A stretch of 54,505 bases of DNA from Actinomycetota bacterium (GCA_051744245.1 JBNJCV010000003.1:1-54505); one strand, 5' to 3'. Counted from the stretch's first letter, positions 40,683-50,674 are shown. Notes: a model not told the origin generated them from the sequence alone. Made by a program: numbers and translations.

Positions 40683-41282
40683 GTGATGTCAGCAAGAAGA
40701 GTAAACAGGGTTCCGGTTAACCTGCATCCACAGGAATCCGGGCTTTCAAAAAAAGAAATAAGAATTATACTGAGGGCTGCAGACGAGATAATAATGGAAG
40801 GTGGCAGGAACCTGTTGGCAAAACTGCTAAAGGGCTCTAAAGAAAAAGTTATCTTGCAAAGGGGCTTGGAAAATACTAAAAATTATGGCTATTTTAAGAA
40901 CCTGTCGGTGTTCGAGATCATATCGAAAATAGACTGGCTAATAATTAACAGGTACTTAAAAATAGAGTATGATTACAGGCTACCCTTGATTGTTTTTGCC
41001 CCGGAGGGCTGGGAAATAGAAAAAGATACCTACACAGATGAGATCATAGAAGAATTTGATAAACTGATCGAATCCGGGGTAGATTATTACAATATGAGCT
41101 TTTTAAAAGACGCTCCAAGAGACATGGTTTTTTTACTGCTAGAAAAAATAAGGGGGAAGAAAGACCCTAAATATATACCAATTTTAAAACAATGGAAAAA
41201 AATTGATTATAAAAAAGTTAGGGCTAGAATAAATTCTGTAATAAAATCTATTAAAAATAGTAAGGCAAAAAAGGAAATTTAA
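40683..41282 (+). CDS. stand-alone RQC (RecQ winged-helix) domain protein
   Basis: GR..LAK.LKGSK...YG......I...IDWLI...YL...Y..RLP. Confidence 0.7.
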   Translation: MMSARRVNRVPVNLHPQESGLSKKEIRIILRAADEIIMEGGRNLLAKLLKGSKEKVILQRGLENTKNYGYFKNLSVFEIISKIDWLIINRYLKIEYDYRLPLIVFAPEGWEIEKDTYTDEIIEEFDKLIESGVDYYNMSFLKDAPRDMVFLLLEKIRGKKDPKYIPILKQWKKIDYKKVRARINSVIKSIKNSKAKKEI

Positions 41283-41546
41283 CCGATTACGTGTCTTCTG
41301 CCACAACAAAGAATCTATAGTTTTAAAGGTATAAAACCAGACAATTCCTTAGAAATCCTTTTAATAATTTATATAAATTTTCTTTAGTTATAATATGGTT
41401 CTGGATTGGTTCTCATAACGATTAGGATAACCTCTTAAAAAAATAAGGTCTGCTGATAAATAAATCACCCTGAATATTTGTATCCTCTTTTAAATTTTAA
41501 ATAATTTAATTGTTGATAATCCTGGAAAAATCTTAATATATTTTTA

Positions 41547-41573
41547 TGTTATAAATATTGACCAGTCCGGGGG
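41547..41573 (+). repeat. degenerate copy of site 2
   Basis: TGTTATAAATATTGACCAGTCCGGGGG versus TGTTATCAATACCGTCCAGCCCGGGGA. Confidence 0.6.
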
Positions 41574-41949
41574 CAAGTTTGGCTCACTTCCGTTTTGTAA
41601 TTGTAAAACCCGGTTCTTACTTAACTTTTCTGAAATCAATTATGGGCTGAATTTTCGAGATTTACTATACTCCGATCCCAATATATATATTTTTTTAAAA
41701 GCAGATGGCTACTTTGGGGATGTTTCCAGGTATAAATTTTGATGTAATATAAATTGGGAGTATTGCATACCCAGTATATTTCATATTCTTCCAAAAAACC
41801 TAATAGATATGATTGAATCCCGAAGATATATTGTCTACTTTGAAAAGAGGACCTTTCTCAAATAAACCTCAGTATTTTAGTAATTTCAGCAATTGGTTTT
41901 TCAGATTATAGAAACTGGGTATTTTACTGCATTAATAATTGGCCTAGAA

Positions 41950-42018
41950 TTTTACATATTTTTCTCTTATGTTATAATATTTCTTGAAAGTGCTAATAAT
42001 AACATTTTTAAGAAATAT
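41950..42018 (+). promoter_or_regulatory. abiE promoter and long inverted-repeat operator
   Basis: TTTACA-N17-TATAAT, then ATATTTCTTGAAAGTGCTA-N4-TAACATTTTTAAGAAATAT. Confidence 0.7.
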
Positions 42019-42019
42019 A

Positions 42020-42640
42020 ATGAAGTATATTGAATTAAAAAATAGATTAAAAGATATGACTGTCTTCTCAGTCAGGGATATAGAGAAATCAGCTGATAAA
42101 GTATTCCATAGACGGAGACTCAATGAGTGGCAGGAAAAGGATTATATAAAAAAGCTGGTAAAAGGTTATTATATATTCTCCGACATGAAGGTTGATGATT
42201 ATGCCCTGTATGAAATAGCCAACAGGATCTACAGCCCTTCATATATCTCCCTTGAGACTGCTCTTTCCTACCATGGATTAATACCTGAGAGTGTCTATTT
42301 GATTACTTCTGTTTCTACAAGAAAGACAAACTCTTTTAAAACACCTCTGGCTATATTCGGTTATAGGAAAATAAAAAGCAGTCTTTTTTTTGGATATATT
42401 ATAGAAGAGGATAATAATAGAGTATTTAAAATGGCATCACCGGAAAAGGCAATACTTGATCTGTTTTATCTGAAGCCAGATCTAAAGGGTAGTAGTGATT
42501 TTAGCAGTCTTAGAATCAATAATGATAATTTTAAGGGAATAATCGATAGGAAGAAATTATTTAATTATCTTAAGATATACAATAATAAAAGAATGTCAGC
42601 TGCCATTAAAAAGTTTTGGGGGTACATGTATAATGCTTGA
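42020..42640 (+). CDS. AbiEi-like type IV antitoxin
   Basis: L.KGYY, PSYISLETALSYHGLIPE, A.PEKA.LD. Confidence 0.85.
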   Translation: MKYIELKNRLKDMTVFSVRDIEKSADKVFHRRRLNEWQEKDYIKKLVKGYYIFSDMKVDDYALYEIANRIYSPSYISLETALSYHGLIPESVYLITSVSTRKTNSFKTPLAIFGYRKIKSSLFFGYIIEEDNNRVFKMASPEKAILDLFYLKPDLKGSSDFSSLRINNDNFKGIIDRKKLFNYLKIYNNKRMSAAIKKFWGYMYNA

Positions 42641-43409
42641 CCTGGAACAGATACAATCCTACTATCCTGAAAACCTGAGATCCTTCAAAAAAAATATCCT
42701 CAGAGAATATCTCCAATACAAAATCCTAGAAATAATCTATACTTCAGATTATGCAAAAAGACTGATTTTTATGGGTGGTACAGCTATAAGGATACTGCAC
42801 GCGAATAAGCGGTTTTCTGAGGATCTTGATTTTGATAATAAGGGATTAGGAAAAGATGGTTTTGAGGATTTGGTAAATGTAATAAAAAAAAGGATGAAGT
42901 TGGAGGGATACAACATAAGCACAAGAAACAACTATAATAATACCTTTAGGAGTTATATCAAGTTCCATGATATCATGTATGAATACTCATTGACCCCTCA
43001 TATAAAAGAGAATATTGATCTCCGACTTGATGCTGAACCACAGGAATATGACTATACACCGGAAAAGACTTTTTTAAATAAATTTGATATCTTTACCCAA
43101 ATATTCAATATTCCAGTTGCAATACTTCTGTCTCAAAAAATATTTGCTATCTTTAACCGGAAGAGAGCTATGGGAAGAGACTTCTTTGATGTGGTATTCC
43201 TTATGGGAAAAACAAAACCGGACTATGGCTATCTGAAGAATAAACTAGGCATCAGAGATAAAAGGGAACTAAAATCGAGATTGCTTGCTTTCTGTGAAAA
43301 TATAGATTTAAAAATGCTGGCAAGGGATGCCAGGCCATTCCTGTTTGAGCCCGAAGACTCTAGGAAGGTAAGGTTGTTTTCAGATTTTATTAACAATGTT
43401 AAATTGTAA
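42633..43409 (+). CDS. AbiEii-family nucleotidyltransferase toxin
   Basis: FMGGTA.R, RFSEDLDF, K..A...R..GRDFFD. Confidence 0.9.
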   Translation: MLDLEQIQSYYPENLRSFKKNILREYLQYKILEIIYTSDYAKRLIFMGGTAIRILHANKRFSEDLDFDNKGLGKDGFEDLVNVIKKRMKLEGYNISTRNNYNNTFRSYIKFHDIMYEYSLTPHIKENIDLRLDAEPQEYDYTPEKTFLNKFDIFTQIFNIPVAILLSQKIFAIFNRKRAMGRDFFDVVFLMGKTKPDYGYLKNKLGIRDKRELKSRLLAFCENIDLKMLARDARPFLFEPEDSRKVRLFSDFINNVKL

Positions 43410-43500
43410 TTAAGGATTACTAAGAAAAAGTCCTCAAAGTCAAAACCATCAGAGAGTATAAGATAGGGACCGGATATTGGATTTTATTAATTATTTCTTC

Positions 43501-43619
43501 TATTCCACATTTTTTCTGATCCGGTATTATCATCGGTGATCATTTTGTCTGTGACAATTTAGGGTTATGCCTACCTTTGGGATGTAATAGATTGGGGATC
43601 CAGAAGCAAATTCTTATAA
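43501..43619 (+). repeat. second copy of the IS91-like terminal region (29481-29598)
   Basis: Shared TATTCCACAT..TTTCTGATC start and GGGGATCCA(A/G)AAGCAAATTCTTATAA end (25/26). Confidence 0.75.
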
Positions 43620-43747
43620 GTTTATAGTCCAAAATCCCGGTTCTTAGCCAACAGTGGAGCAACCAGCTATCCAACTGTATAACGTTTTTACTCTTGGACG
43701 AAATTATACCGGGTTCAGTTCAAATCTTTCCAGTAATCATTTCTTTC

Positions 43748-44278
43748 TCAGGGGATGAATTGCATGATAAAGTCTAAATAGCCCCTAATACCGCCAGTTT
43801 GATTATGTCTTTTTACAGACTTAAGGACTTTTCTAAGTGCTCTTCTTACTTCGTTGCGGGTGTAGTCACTAAAGCTGAGCTGAAGTCTAAGCCGCTGATT
43901 AATCTCTTTTACAATTTTATCATTGCTTTTTATTTCAGGTCTGGAGACCAATTCTTCCAGAGATAAAATAACTTTTGTATCTGTTAACCCTGTATTAGAA
44001 TCATCAATATACCTGATTGTTCCTTCAATAGTATTTAAAAGAGAAATATAATAATCATCATCCCAGTTTATATCATCAAAATTCAAACTTTCTTCAGGAG
44101 AATATAGTTCTGGCAATTCTTTCAATTGGTGCGTAAATTCATCTTTGCCGGCAATTACTTTTATTAAACCGTCTTTATTCTCAAAAAATTCAATGGAATA
44201 CTGGAAATCTTTGATTCCTTTGTCAATAGGTTTTAGTTTTTGGATTTTATCTAATTTTTCTTTAAGTTCTTTATCCAT
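43748..44278 (-). CDS. hypothetical protein
   Basis: Uninterrupted ORF with protein-like composition; start uncertain (44278 or 44317). Confidence 0.65.
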   Translation of the reverse strand: MDKELKEKLDKIQKLKPIDKGIKDFQYSIEFFENKDGLIKVIAGKDEFTHQLKELPELYSPEESLNFDDINWDDDYYISLLNTIEGTIRYIDDSNTGLTDTKVILSLEELVSRPEIKSNDKIVKEINQRLRLQLSFSDYTRNEVRRALRKVLKSVKRHNQTGGIRGYLDFIMQFIP

Positions 44279-44608
44279 AAGATAAACTAGGTTAGAGGTT
44301 TTATACAAATCAATCACGGAAAAAACCTATCAGGCTTAATGCAAGAGTACCAACATTAGATATTATATCCTTATTGGCAACATAGTTCTATAATAGATTT
44401 CTACAGCTACCAGGTCCTTAATATCAGGAGTTTTCTATTATTCTATTTCTAGAAAAATCTGCTAACCTTGAGCTTTTAAGCAAAAAGCTAAAAGCAGGTA
44501 AGAGCCGAGGGGAAGAGATGTGTTATCATAAGTTTTGATAGTCTGCGCTAAATTTAGGGCATAAAACTGTATGGTATATTGATTTTAAGTGCCGGTTTAC
44601 GGAGTTTA

Positions 44609-45054
44609 CTTAAATTTTAAGCGCTTCTCCTATTTGCTCATAGGATATATCGGGCAAGTGAGCTGTTGTTTTTGCATGCTCTATGGTTATGCTGACAAGG
44701 TTACCTTTTTCATCAATATCTATATATATTTTCTGAGATTTCCCGAGTTTCCTTTATCACATTTTCCTAAAATTCTAATAAAGTGGTGTCAGTATCATTG
44801 AAATATTTTATTTTCATACTACTATTTCTCCTTAAAATTTCTGTCAAAGAGAGCATTACGGACTGTCTCTCCATCTTTAAGCATTATGACTCTTAAATAC
44901 TTTCCGTCCCTTTTGATTTTTGACCATTTTTTTATTCTTCCATCTGATTGTACTTCAGTTTTAACTGGATTCTTGATTGTATCTTTTATCCATTTATCTT
45001 TTATTTTCGATCTATCTGGTCTTTTCTTAGATGAAAATAATTTGTAAATTTCAT
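44609..45054 (-). pseudogene. decayed duplicate of the DUF4258-like/DUF2283 pair
   Basis: Colinear with 29912-30362; net 4-nt deletion near 45029, TCG>TAG near 44767, 2-nt loss in the TA run near 44725. Confidence 0.85.
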
Positions 45055-45161
45055 AAAGGATTATAGATATTTTTTATCTTATTAATTTTGAAATATATCA
45101 TATGCCTTATAATTTGTTAATCGAAACAAAAATGTTGATAGTAATATTATAATAGTTCTAT

Positions 45162-45197
45162 TTGTTATCAATATTGTCCAGTCCGGGAATCTAGTAA
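45162..45197 (+). repeat. degenerate copy of site 2
   Basis: 29/36 identical to 25057-25092 without gaps. Confidence 0.7.
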
Positions 45198-45200
45198 AAT

Positions 45201-45305
45201 TTACTTCAATAATTCTATAATCTTGAATACTTCATTTTTATCAATAAATATACCTTTAACATATTTGTGCCTAAGGCTTGATATTAATGTCTGGCAAGGG
45301 ATCCT
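45201..45305 (-). pseudogene. 3' remnant of a CopG-like antitoxin paralogous to 30359-30649
   Basis: Ends FIDKNEVFKIIELLK* versus FVDKKEVFKISELLK*. Confidence 0.7.
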
Positions 45306-45643
45306 TTCGATATATTTTCTTCTTTAGGGCTATGGAACTATAGTGCTTTATATGCTTTTTCTATGGAATATTTATGCCTATAGCCCTGGAACTTCTTTTG
45401 GCTTTAAAGATGAATTAAAGATATGAGTATTCTTTTTAAGGGAGATGATTGGACTAAATCAAAGTTTAGATAATTTTTTGGACGAAAATTACCGTCAATT
45501 TTAAATGTCTTGCAGGCTAGCAGTAACTGCGAATATGGACCGAAAAAGCAGGCTATGCTGGCACTTGGATTAGAGGGAAATATAAGGGCAAAGTTAATCA
45601 TCATATTAAAATTCATAAAATAATTATGTAATATATTATTCAG

Positions 45644-45862
45644 GTGATTATTATGAGAACAACAATAAATATTTCTGATAGCATGGTAAGAGAAGCAGAA
45701 GCCTTATATGGGACAAAAAATAGGTCAAAAGCTATAGAAAGTGCAATAAAGGATGCTGTGAGGTTTAATAAATTAAAGGAACTTATGACCCTTAAATCAA
45801 AGATATTATTTGATGAAGATAAAGTTAAAGCTTTAAGAGAAAGGGAAAAAGAGGAATTATAA
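45644..45862 (+). CDS. VapB-like antitoxin followed by a truncated vapC start
   Basis: MRTTINI.D....EA..L.G.K.RS.AI..A; downstream KILVDTSI* at ~45882-45908. Confidence 0.7.
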   Translation: MIIMRTTINISDSMVREAEALYGTKNRSKAIESAIKDAVRFNKLKELMTLKSKILFDEDKVKALREREKEEL

Positions 45863-45964
45863 AGATATTATAGGTGGTCAAAAAATATTAGTTGATACAT
45901 CGATATGAATAGACCTTGATAAAAAACAAGCAAAGACAAAACTAGATTTACTGCAGGGATATGG

Positions 45965-46819
45965 ATGCCCCTTGCTTGATATTATTAAGGATGCTGCAGA
46001 AAAAATAGTTGACAGGATTAAAAAAAATGTCTTCAAAGCAATAACGATACTGTACCATTAAGCATATCACCGAAGGCAGCTGTTAAGGAACATTTCTCCA
46101 AGGATATGAACAGGGTAATAAAAAAAGCTGAAGATAAGATGTACAGGCATATGCTAATAGAAAAAAGAAGCAGCAGAAGTAAATTATTACATCCTTGGAA
46201 GGACGCTGCAGGAACGGGGCTATGAAACCAGCGGACATGAACAAAGGCTAAAAGAATGTGCCAGGATATTGGCACAGAGGGTAGGATTCATAGAGACTCA
46301 ATTTGATGATCTGGAATGACGACCCAATTACATGATATTGGGGAAATATCAATTCCAGATAAGCTAGTGTTAAAGAATGAAAAGCTTACCAAAAAAGAAT
46401 GGGGTATCATGAAAAAACATCCCGAAATTGGTTTTAGAATTGCCGGGGCAAGCCTCGAGCTTTACCCAATTGTGGATTCTATACTTCATCACCATGAATG
46501 GTACGATGGTTCTGGTTATCCGCATGTCATAAAGGGCAATGAAATTCCTTTAATATCTAGAATAATTTCAATTGTTGAGGCTTACGAAGCAATGATAGAG
46601 GGAAGACCATGCAGGGAAGAACCCCCACCAGAGATAGTTTTACAGGAAATTAGAAGATATTCAGGAATCCAGTTTGACCCGGAACTAGCAGAAATATTTA
46701 TTTCGGAGATAAAAAAACAATGGAGTAGCATTTACCGGTTAAGACTTCTGCCTTTAAGTTTTAACCGTAATGATAATAATCCTTTTATGGTAATGATAAG
46801 AAGCACTGAGATAAAATAA
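45965..46819 (+). pseudogene. GGDEF/HD-GYP cyclic-di-GMP enzyme remnant
   Basis: Fragmented PLSIS..KAEDKMY and HEQRL, then LHDIG, HPEIG and HHEWYDGSGYP. Confidence 0.75.
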
Positions 46820-46852
46820 GGTTTCCTGCAACCCCTATTTGGAAAAAGTTAC

Positions 46853-47038
46853 CTATATGTTTAGGTACTCAAGCAAATTGTATACCAGAAATACAGGCCA
46901 GACCAAAGATTTTAGAAAACCAAGGACACCTAGCCAGAAAGTGCCAGCATTTTGGATGTAATATACTGCGGCACCAATAAAAGCCATAAAGTATGCAGCG
47001 CCAGCGATTCCAGAGCCGCCATTGGTCCTATTAGACAT
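46853..47038 (-). CDS. small membrane protein
   Basis: 61 aa, two hydrophobic segments, AAGGA RBS. Confidence 0.7.
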   Translation of the reverse strand: MSNRTNGGSGIAGAAYFMAFIGAAVYYIQNAGTFWLGVLGFLKSLVWPVFLVYNLLEYLNI

Positions 47039-47201
47039 TTTTTTCCTTTCTAATTTTTATATTTTTTTAATTATAAACATATTTCTAAAAAATTAGAACT
47101 AAATAAGAATATCCATTACGCATAACTTCATTGCGAGGATTTTAATATGGTTTTTTACTATAGCTAAAATGTGATAGGGCATATGCGTTTAAATATAAAA
47201 A

Positions 47202-47276
47202 TGGTGGAGATGAGCGGAGTTGAACCGCCGACCTCTTGTCTGCCAGACAAGCGTTCTCCCACTGAACTACATCCCC
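47202..47276 (-). tRNA. tRNA-Ala(GGC)
   Basis: GGGGATG..CATCTCC-ACCA with G3:U70 pair; anticodon loop CTGGCAG. Confidence 0.96.
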
Positions 47277-47532
47277 ACTTAATAAAAAAGTTAATCTTAC
47301 TTTAGCATGCCTGTTGTTATCCTTACAGGGTTTATACATTATAGCATGTCAATTACAGAAATTCTAAATTATAAAATTTTTTTAACTGCAAAAATTGTAC
47401 AGCTTCAGTGAATTTACTTTATAAAATTTAGGCAGATATTATTTCTATACTTAACCAAAAAGGAATTTAGTTGATTTTGTCAGTATTTATAAATAAGATT
47501 TATCCAAGGTTAACCAAAAGAAAGAGGAGTTT

Positions 47533-47805
47533 ATGTGTTGTGCTCTTACCACCTTATTTTTTTTCGGCCCCCGTTTGGCCTTAGTGGTATGGTGGCTAAT
47601 TAATCCTGGGTTATTTAGGTTAGCGTTCAATCACTGGATTTTGCCACTTCTTTTTGCAATTTTTGCTCCATATACCATGATATTTTATATTCTAGGCTGG
47701 TATTTAGGCCCGGGGATAAGCGGTTTTGAGTGGATATTGATTGTGGTTGGAATTTTTTTGGATATTACATCATATGGAGGAGGATACCGGAGCAGGAGGA
47801 GGTAG
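47533..47805 (+). CDS. small membrane protein
   Basis: GAGGAG RBS; about 3 TM segments. Confidence 0.75.
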   Translation: MCCALTTLFFFGPRLALVVWWLINPGLFRLAFNHWILPLLFAIFAPYTMIFYILGWYLGPGISGFEWILIVVGIFLDITSYGGGYRSRRR

Positions 47806-47939
47806 CCTAAAGGCAATTATGGAAATATTTTAGGGCTGCTTTTCTGCTTATAAATGTGGGGGTTTCAATTGCGGTACTATTTTACAAAAATATATAAATC
47901 TGTTAGCTTTTATTAGATTGTTATCTAAATAAACCGGTC

Positions 47940-48764
47940 ATGGAAATAATTTTTTTAATACTTGTTATCCTGGAAATATTACTGCTGTTTGTAGCTTACT
48001 CAATCTTTATGTTTGGCAGGAGGATAAGAAGAGAGATTGGCCAGGTATTGGGAAACCAGGATAAAAAAGAAAGAAAGGTTATTGAGAAAAACAGTGTGGA
48101 AAGATTGCCGGCCCCGGTTAAAAGATATTTAGAATATGCCCTAAATGGCAGGAAAGAATATATAAGAACTGCAAAGGTAAGGCAGTCTGGTTACATAAGA
48201 CGAAAGGGAAGCAGCAGGTGGCTATCCTTTAACGCAGTTCAGTATTTTAATGGATATAAGCCCTCTTTTATTTGGGTAGCTAATACTAAAGTTCCACCCT
48301 TAGCTTGGGTTGCAGCAAGGGATATGTATTTTGAAGGCAAAGGGAGCATGCTGGTTAAACTTTGGTCGGCATTTACTATTACAAATTTTTCGGGAAAAGA
48401 AGCTAATATCTCCTCCTTTATAAGGTATGTTTCTGAGATGCCCTGGCTTCCAACAGCTCTTCTTCCTTCCAGCTATCTCAAGTGGGAGCCAGTAGACAAC
48501 AATTCGGCAAGGGCAATTATAAGTGATGGTAAAAATGAAGCTAAAATTACCTTTACTTTTAATTCCAGGGGGGAAATTGCTAAGGTGTCCACCTTTGACA
48601 GGTTCAGGGAGGAAGGAGGCAGACATTATAAGGAAAAATGGAGTGGGTTTTTTAGAAACTACAGGGAAGTGGAAGGGATAAAGGTTCCAGCTGAGTTAGA
48701 AGCTAAATGGGGTTCCAATTTCAAATATATAAAGATAAAGGCAGAAGCTATTAAATACTCTTAG
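47940..48764 (+). CDS. membrane-anchored conserved protein (DUF6544-like)
   Basis: N-terminal TM, LPAPVKRYL, P.F.W.A, E.PW.PTALLP. Confidence 0.7.
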   Translation: MEIIFLILVILEILLLFVAYSIFMFGRRIRREIGQVLGNQDKKERKVIEKNSVERLPAPVKRYLEYALNGRKEYIRTAKVRQSGYIRRKGSSRWLSFNAVQYFNGYKPSFIWVANTKVPPLAWVAARDMYFEGKGSMLVKLWSAFTITNFSGKEANISSFIRYVSEMPWLPTALLPSSYLKWEPVDNNSARAIISDGKNEAKITFTFNSRGEIAKVSTFDRFREEGGRHYKEKWSGFFRNYREVEGIKVPAELEAKWGSNFKYIKIKAEAIKYS

Positions 48765-48893
48765 GTGATTTTTAACCGGGTTAATATAGTTAGTTTTACT
48801 TTTCGTGGGGCTTTTTGACAATATATAGGCAATTATTTAAAATGTTATTCAATTTTTAGCCAATTTTTAAAAATATTAGAAAGAAGATAGCAT

Positions 48894-50576
48894 ATGGAAG
48901 ATAATGCAGGAAAAACTGATTTTATCAGGGAAATAATCAGGAAAGACTTAAGAAAAGATAATAATATAGAAAAAATTCACACCAGATTCCCTCCCGAACC
49001 CAATGGATACCTTCATATAGGACATGCAAAATCCATATGCTTAAACTTTGGATTGGCCGAAGAATTTGGAGGGGAATGTAATCTACGTTTCGATGATACT
49101 AATCCCACCAGGGAAGAACTGGAATATATAAAATCCATCAAAAGGGATGTAAGCTGGCTGGGCTTTGATTGGGGAGAGCGGGAATATTATGCTTCAGATT
49201 ATTTTGATAAGCTTTACGGTTTTGCTGTTAGGCTAATAAAGCAAGGCAAGGCTTATGTTTGTGATTTAAGCGCTGAAGAAATAAGGGAATACCGTGGGAC
49301 CCTTACTGAACCTGGGAAGGAAAGCCCTTATAGAAACAGATCTGTTGAAGAAAATTTAAACTTATTTGAGGAAATGAAGATTGGCAAATATCCTGACGGA
49401 AGTAAGGTGTTACGGGCTAAAATAGATATGTCCTCTCCTAACCTTAATATGAGGGATCCGGTAATGTACAGGATATTGCATGAAAGCCACCACCGTACTG
49501 GCAGTAACTGGTGCATTTATCCAACTTATGACTGGGCTCATGGACAGTCAGATTCCATAGAGCATATTACCCATTCATTGTGTACTCTGGAGTTTGAAGA
49601 CCACCGGCCACTGTATAATTGGTTTATTGAACAGCTTGGTATACATCGTCCCAGGCAAATAGAGTTTGCAAGGCTAAACCTTACCTATACTGTAATGAGC
49701 AAAAGGAAGCTGGCAGAGCTAGTTAAAAAAGGGCATGTAGAAGGCTGGGATGACCCCAGGATGCCTACCATATCGGGTATGAGAAGGCGGGGTTATACTC
49801 CTAAAGCAATTAGGAAGTTCTGTTCAGAAATTGGAGTGGCAAAGTCAGAAAGTACATTAGAGATAGAATACCTGGAGCATTTTGTAAGGGAAGACTTAAA
49901 CAAGGTAGCACCCAGGGTAATGGGAGTTTTGGACCCATTGAAGATAGTAATAGACAATTATCCGGAGGACAAGGAAGAGGAACTGGTTGCCATAAACAAC
50001 CCTGAGGATGCTTCTGCGGGGACCAGAAAAGTCCCTTTTTCAAAAGTACTGTATATAGAAAAACAGGATTTTATGGAGAGTCCTCCTAAGAAATTTTACA
50101 GGCTGGCCCCTGGAAGGGAGGTACGGCTGAGGTATGCATATTTTATAAAATGCGTGGATGTGGTTAAAGATAAAGAAGGAAATATTATAGAATTGCACTG
50201 CACCTATGACCCTGCTACAAAGGGGGGCGATGCCCCTGATGGAAGGAAAGTGAAAGCAACTCTGCACTGGGTGTCTGCTAGACATGCTGTTTCTGCAGAA
50301 ATAAGATTATACAGTAAGCTTTTTACAAAAGAAAATCCTCTTAAGGTAGAAGATGGGGAAGATTTTAAAGAAAATTTTAATCCTCATTCTCTAAATATTA
50401 ACAATAAGTGTAAGTTAGAACCCTCTTTAGCTAAAGCAAAGCCGGAAAATATTTATCAATTTGAAAGAATTGGTTATTTTTATGTTGACCCCAGCACTGC
50501 CAAGGAAAAATTGGTTTTTAACCGCACAGTTACCCTTAAGGACCAGTGGGCTAAGATAAGGAAACGTAGAAGATAA
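48894..50576 (+). CDS. glnS: glutamine-tRNA ligase
   Basis: [54 protein letters not shown]. Confidence 0.95.
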   Translation: MEDNAGKTDFIREIIRKDLRKDNNIEKIHTRFPPEPNGYLHIGHAKSICLNFGLAEEFGGECNLRFDDTNPTREELEYIKSIKRDVSWLGFDWGEREYYASDYFDKLYGFAVRLIKQGKAYVCDLSAEEIREYRGTLTEPGKESPYRNRSVEENLNLFEEMKIGKYPDGSKVLRAKIDMSSPNLNMRDPVMYRILHESHHRTGSNWCIYPTYDWAHGQSDSIEHITHSLCTLEFEDHRPLYNWFIEQLGIHRPRQIEFARLNLTYTVMSKRKLAELVKKGHVEGWDDPRMPTISGMRRRGYTPKAIRKFCSEIGVAKSESTLEIEYLEHFVREDLNKVAPRVMGVLDPLKIVIDNYPEDKEEELVAINNPEDASAGTRKVPFSKVLYIEKQDFMESPPKKFYRLAPGREVRLRYAYFIKCVDVVKDKEGNIIELHCTYDPATKGGDAPDGRKVKATLHWVSARHAVSAEIRLYSKLFTKENPLKVEDGEDFKENFNPHSLNINNKCKLEPSLAKAKPENIYQFERIGYFYVDPSTAKEKLVFNRTVTLKDQWAKIRKRRR

Positions 50577-50613
50577 GGCTGTCCTACAGAATATAAAGAA
50601 ATCTTTTTACATA

Positions 50614-50673
50614 TTGACAACTGGTTTTTAAAATATTAATATAGACCATATAGTCTAGACTAGGTGGTCTATA
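50614..50673 (+). promoter_or_regulatory. tetR promoter with double palindromic operator
   Basis: TTGACA at 50614; TATAGACCA-TA-TAGTCTAGACTA-GG-TGGTCTATA at 50640-50673 abuts the ATG. Confidence 0.75.
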
Positions 50674-50674
50674 C

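Larger units (their letters stand above)
22805..47201. mobile_element. accessory island between tRNA-Asn and tRNA-Ala; TA cassette array; no recognisable integrase
   Basis: Repeated tRNA-Asn 3'-end copies, dense TA genes, IS remnants and pseudogenes; right boundary approximate. Confidence 0.75.

Noticed and set aside
41580-41935. Possible RAYT/Y1 transposase remnant on the minus strand (KGPLF/FQSR/SYLL fragments)
   Set aside because: Needs several frameshifts to assemble; not supportable without a tBLASTn search.
22805-47201. Prophage or ICE
   Set aside because: No integrase, structural, replication, relaxase or conjugation genes recognised.
47142-47339. 65-aa minus-strand ORF
   Set aside because: It spans the tRNA-Ala gene; spurious.
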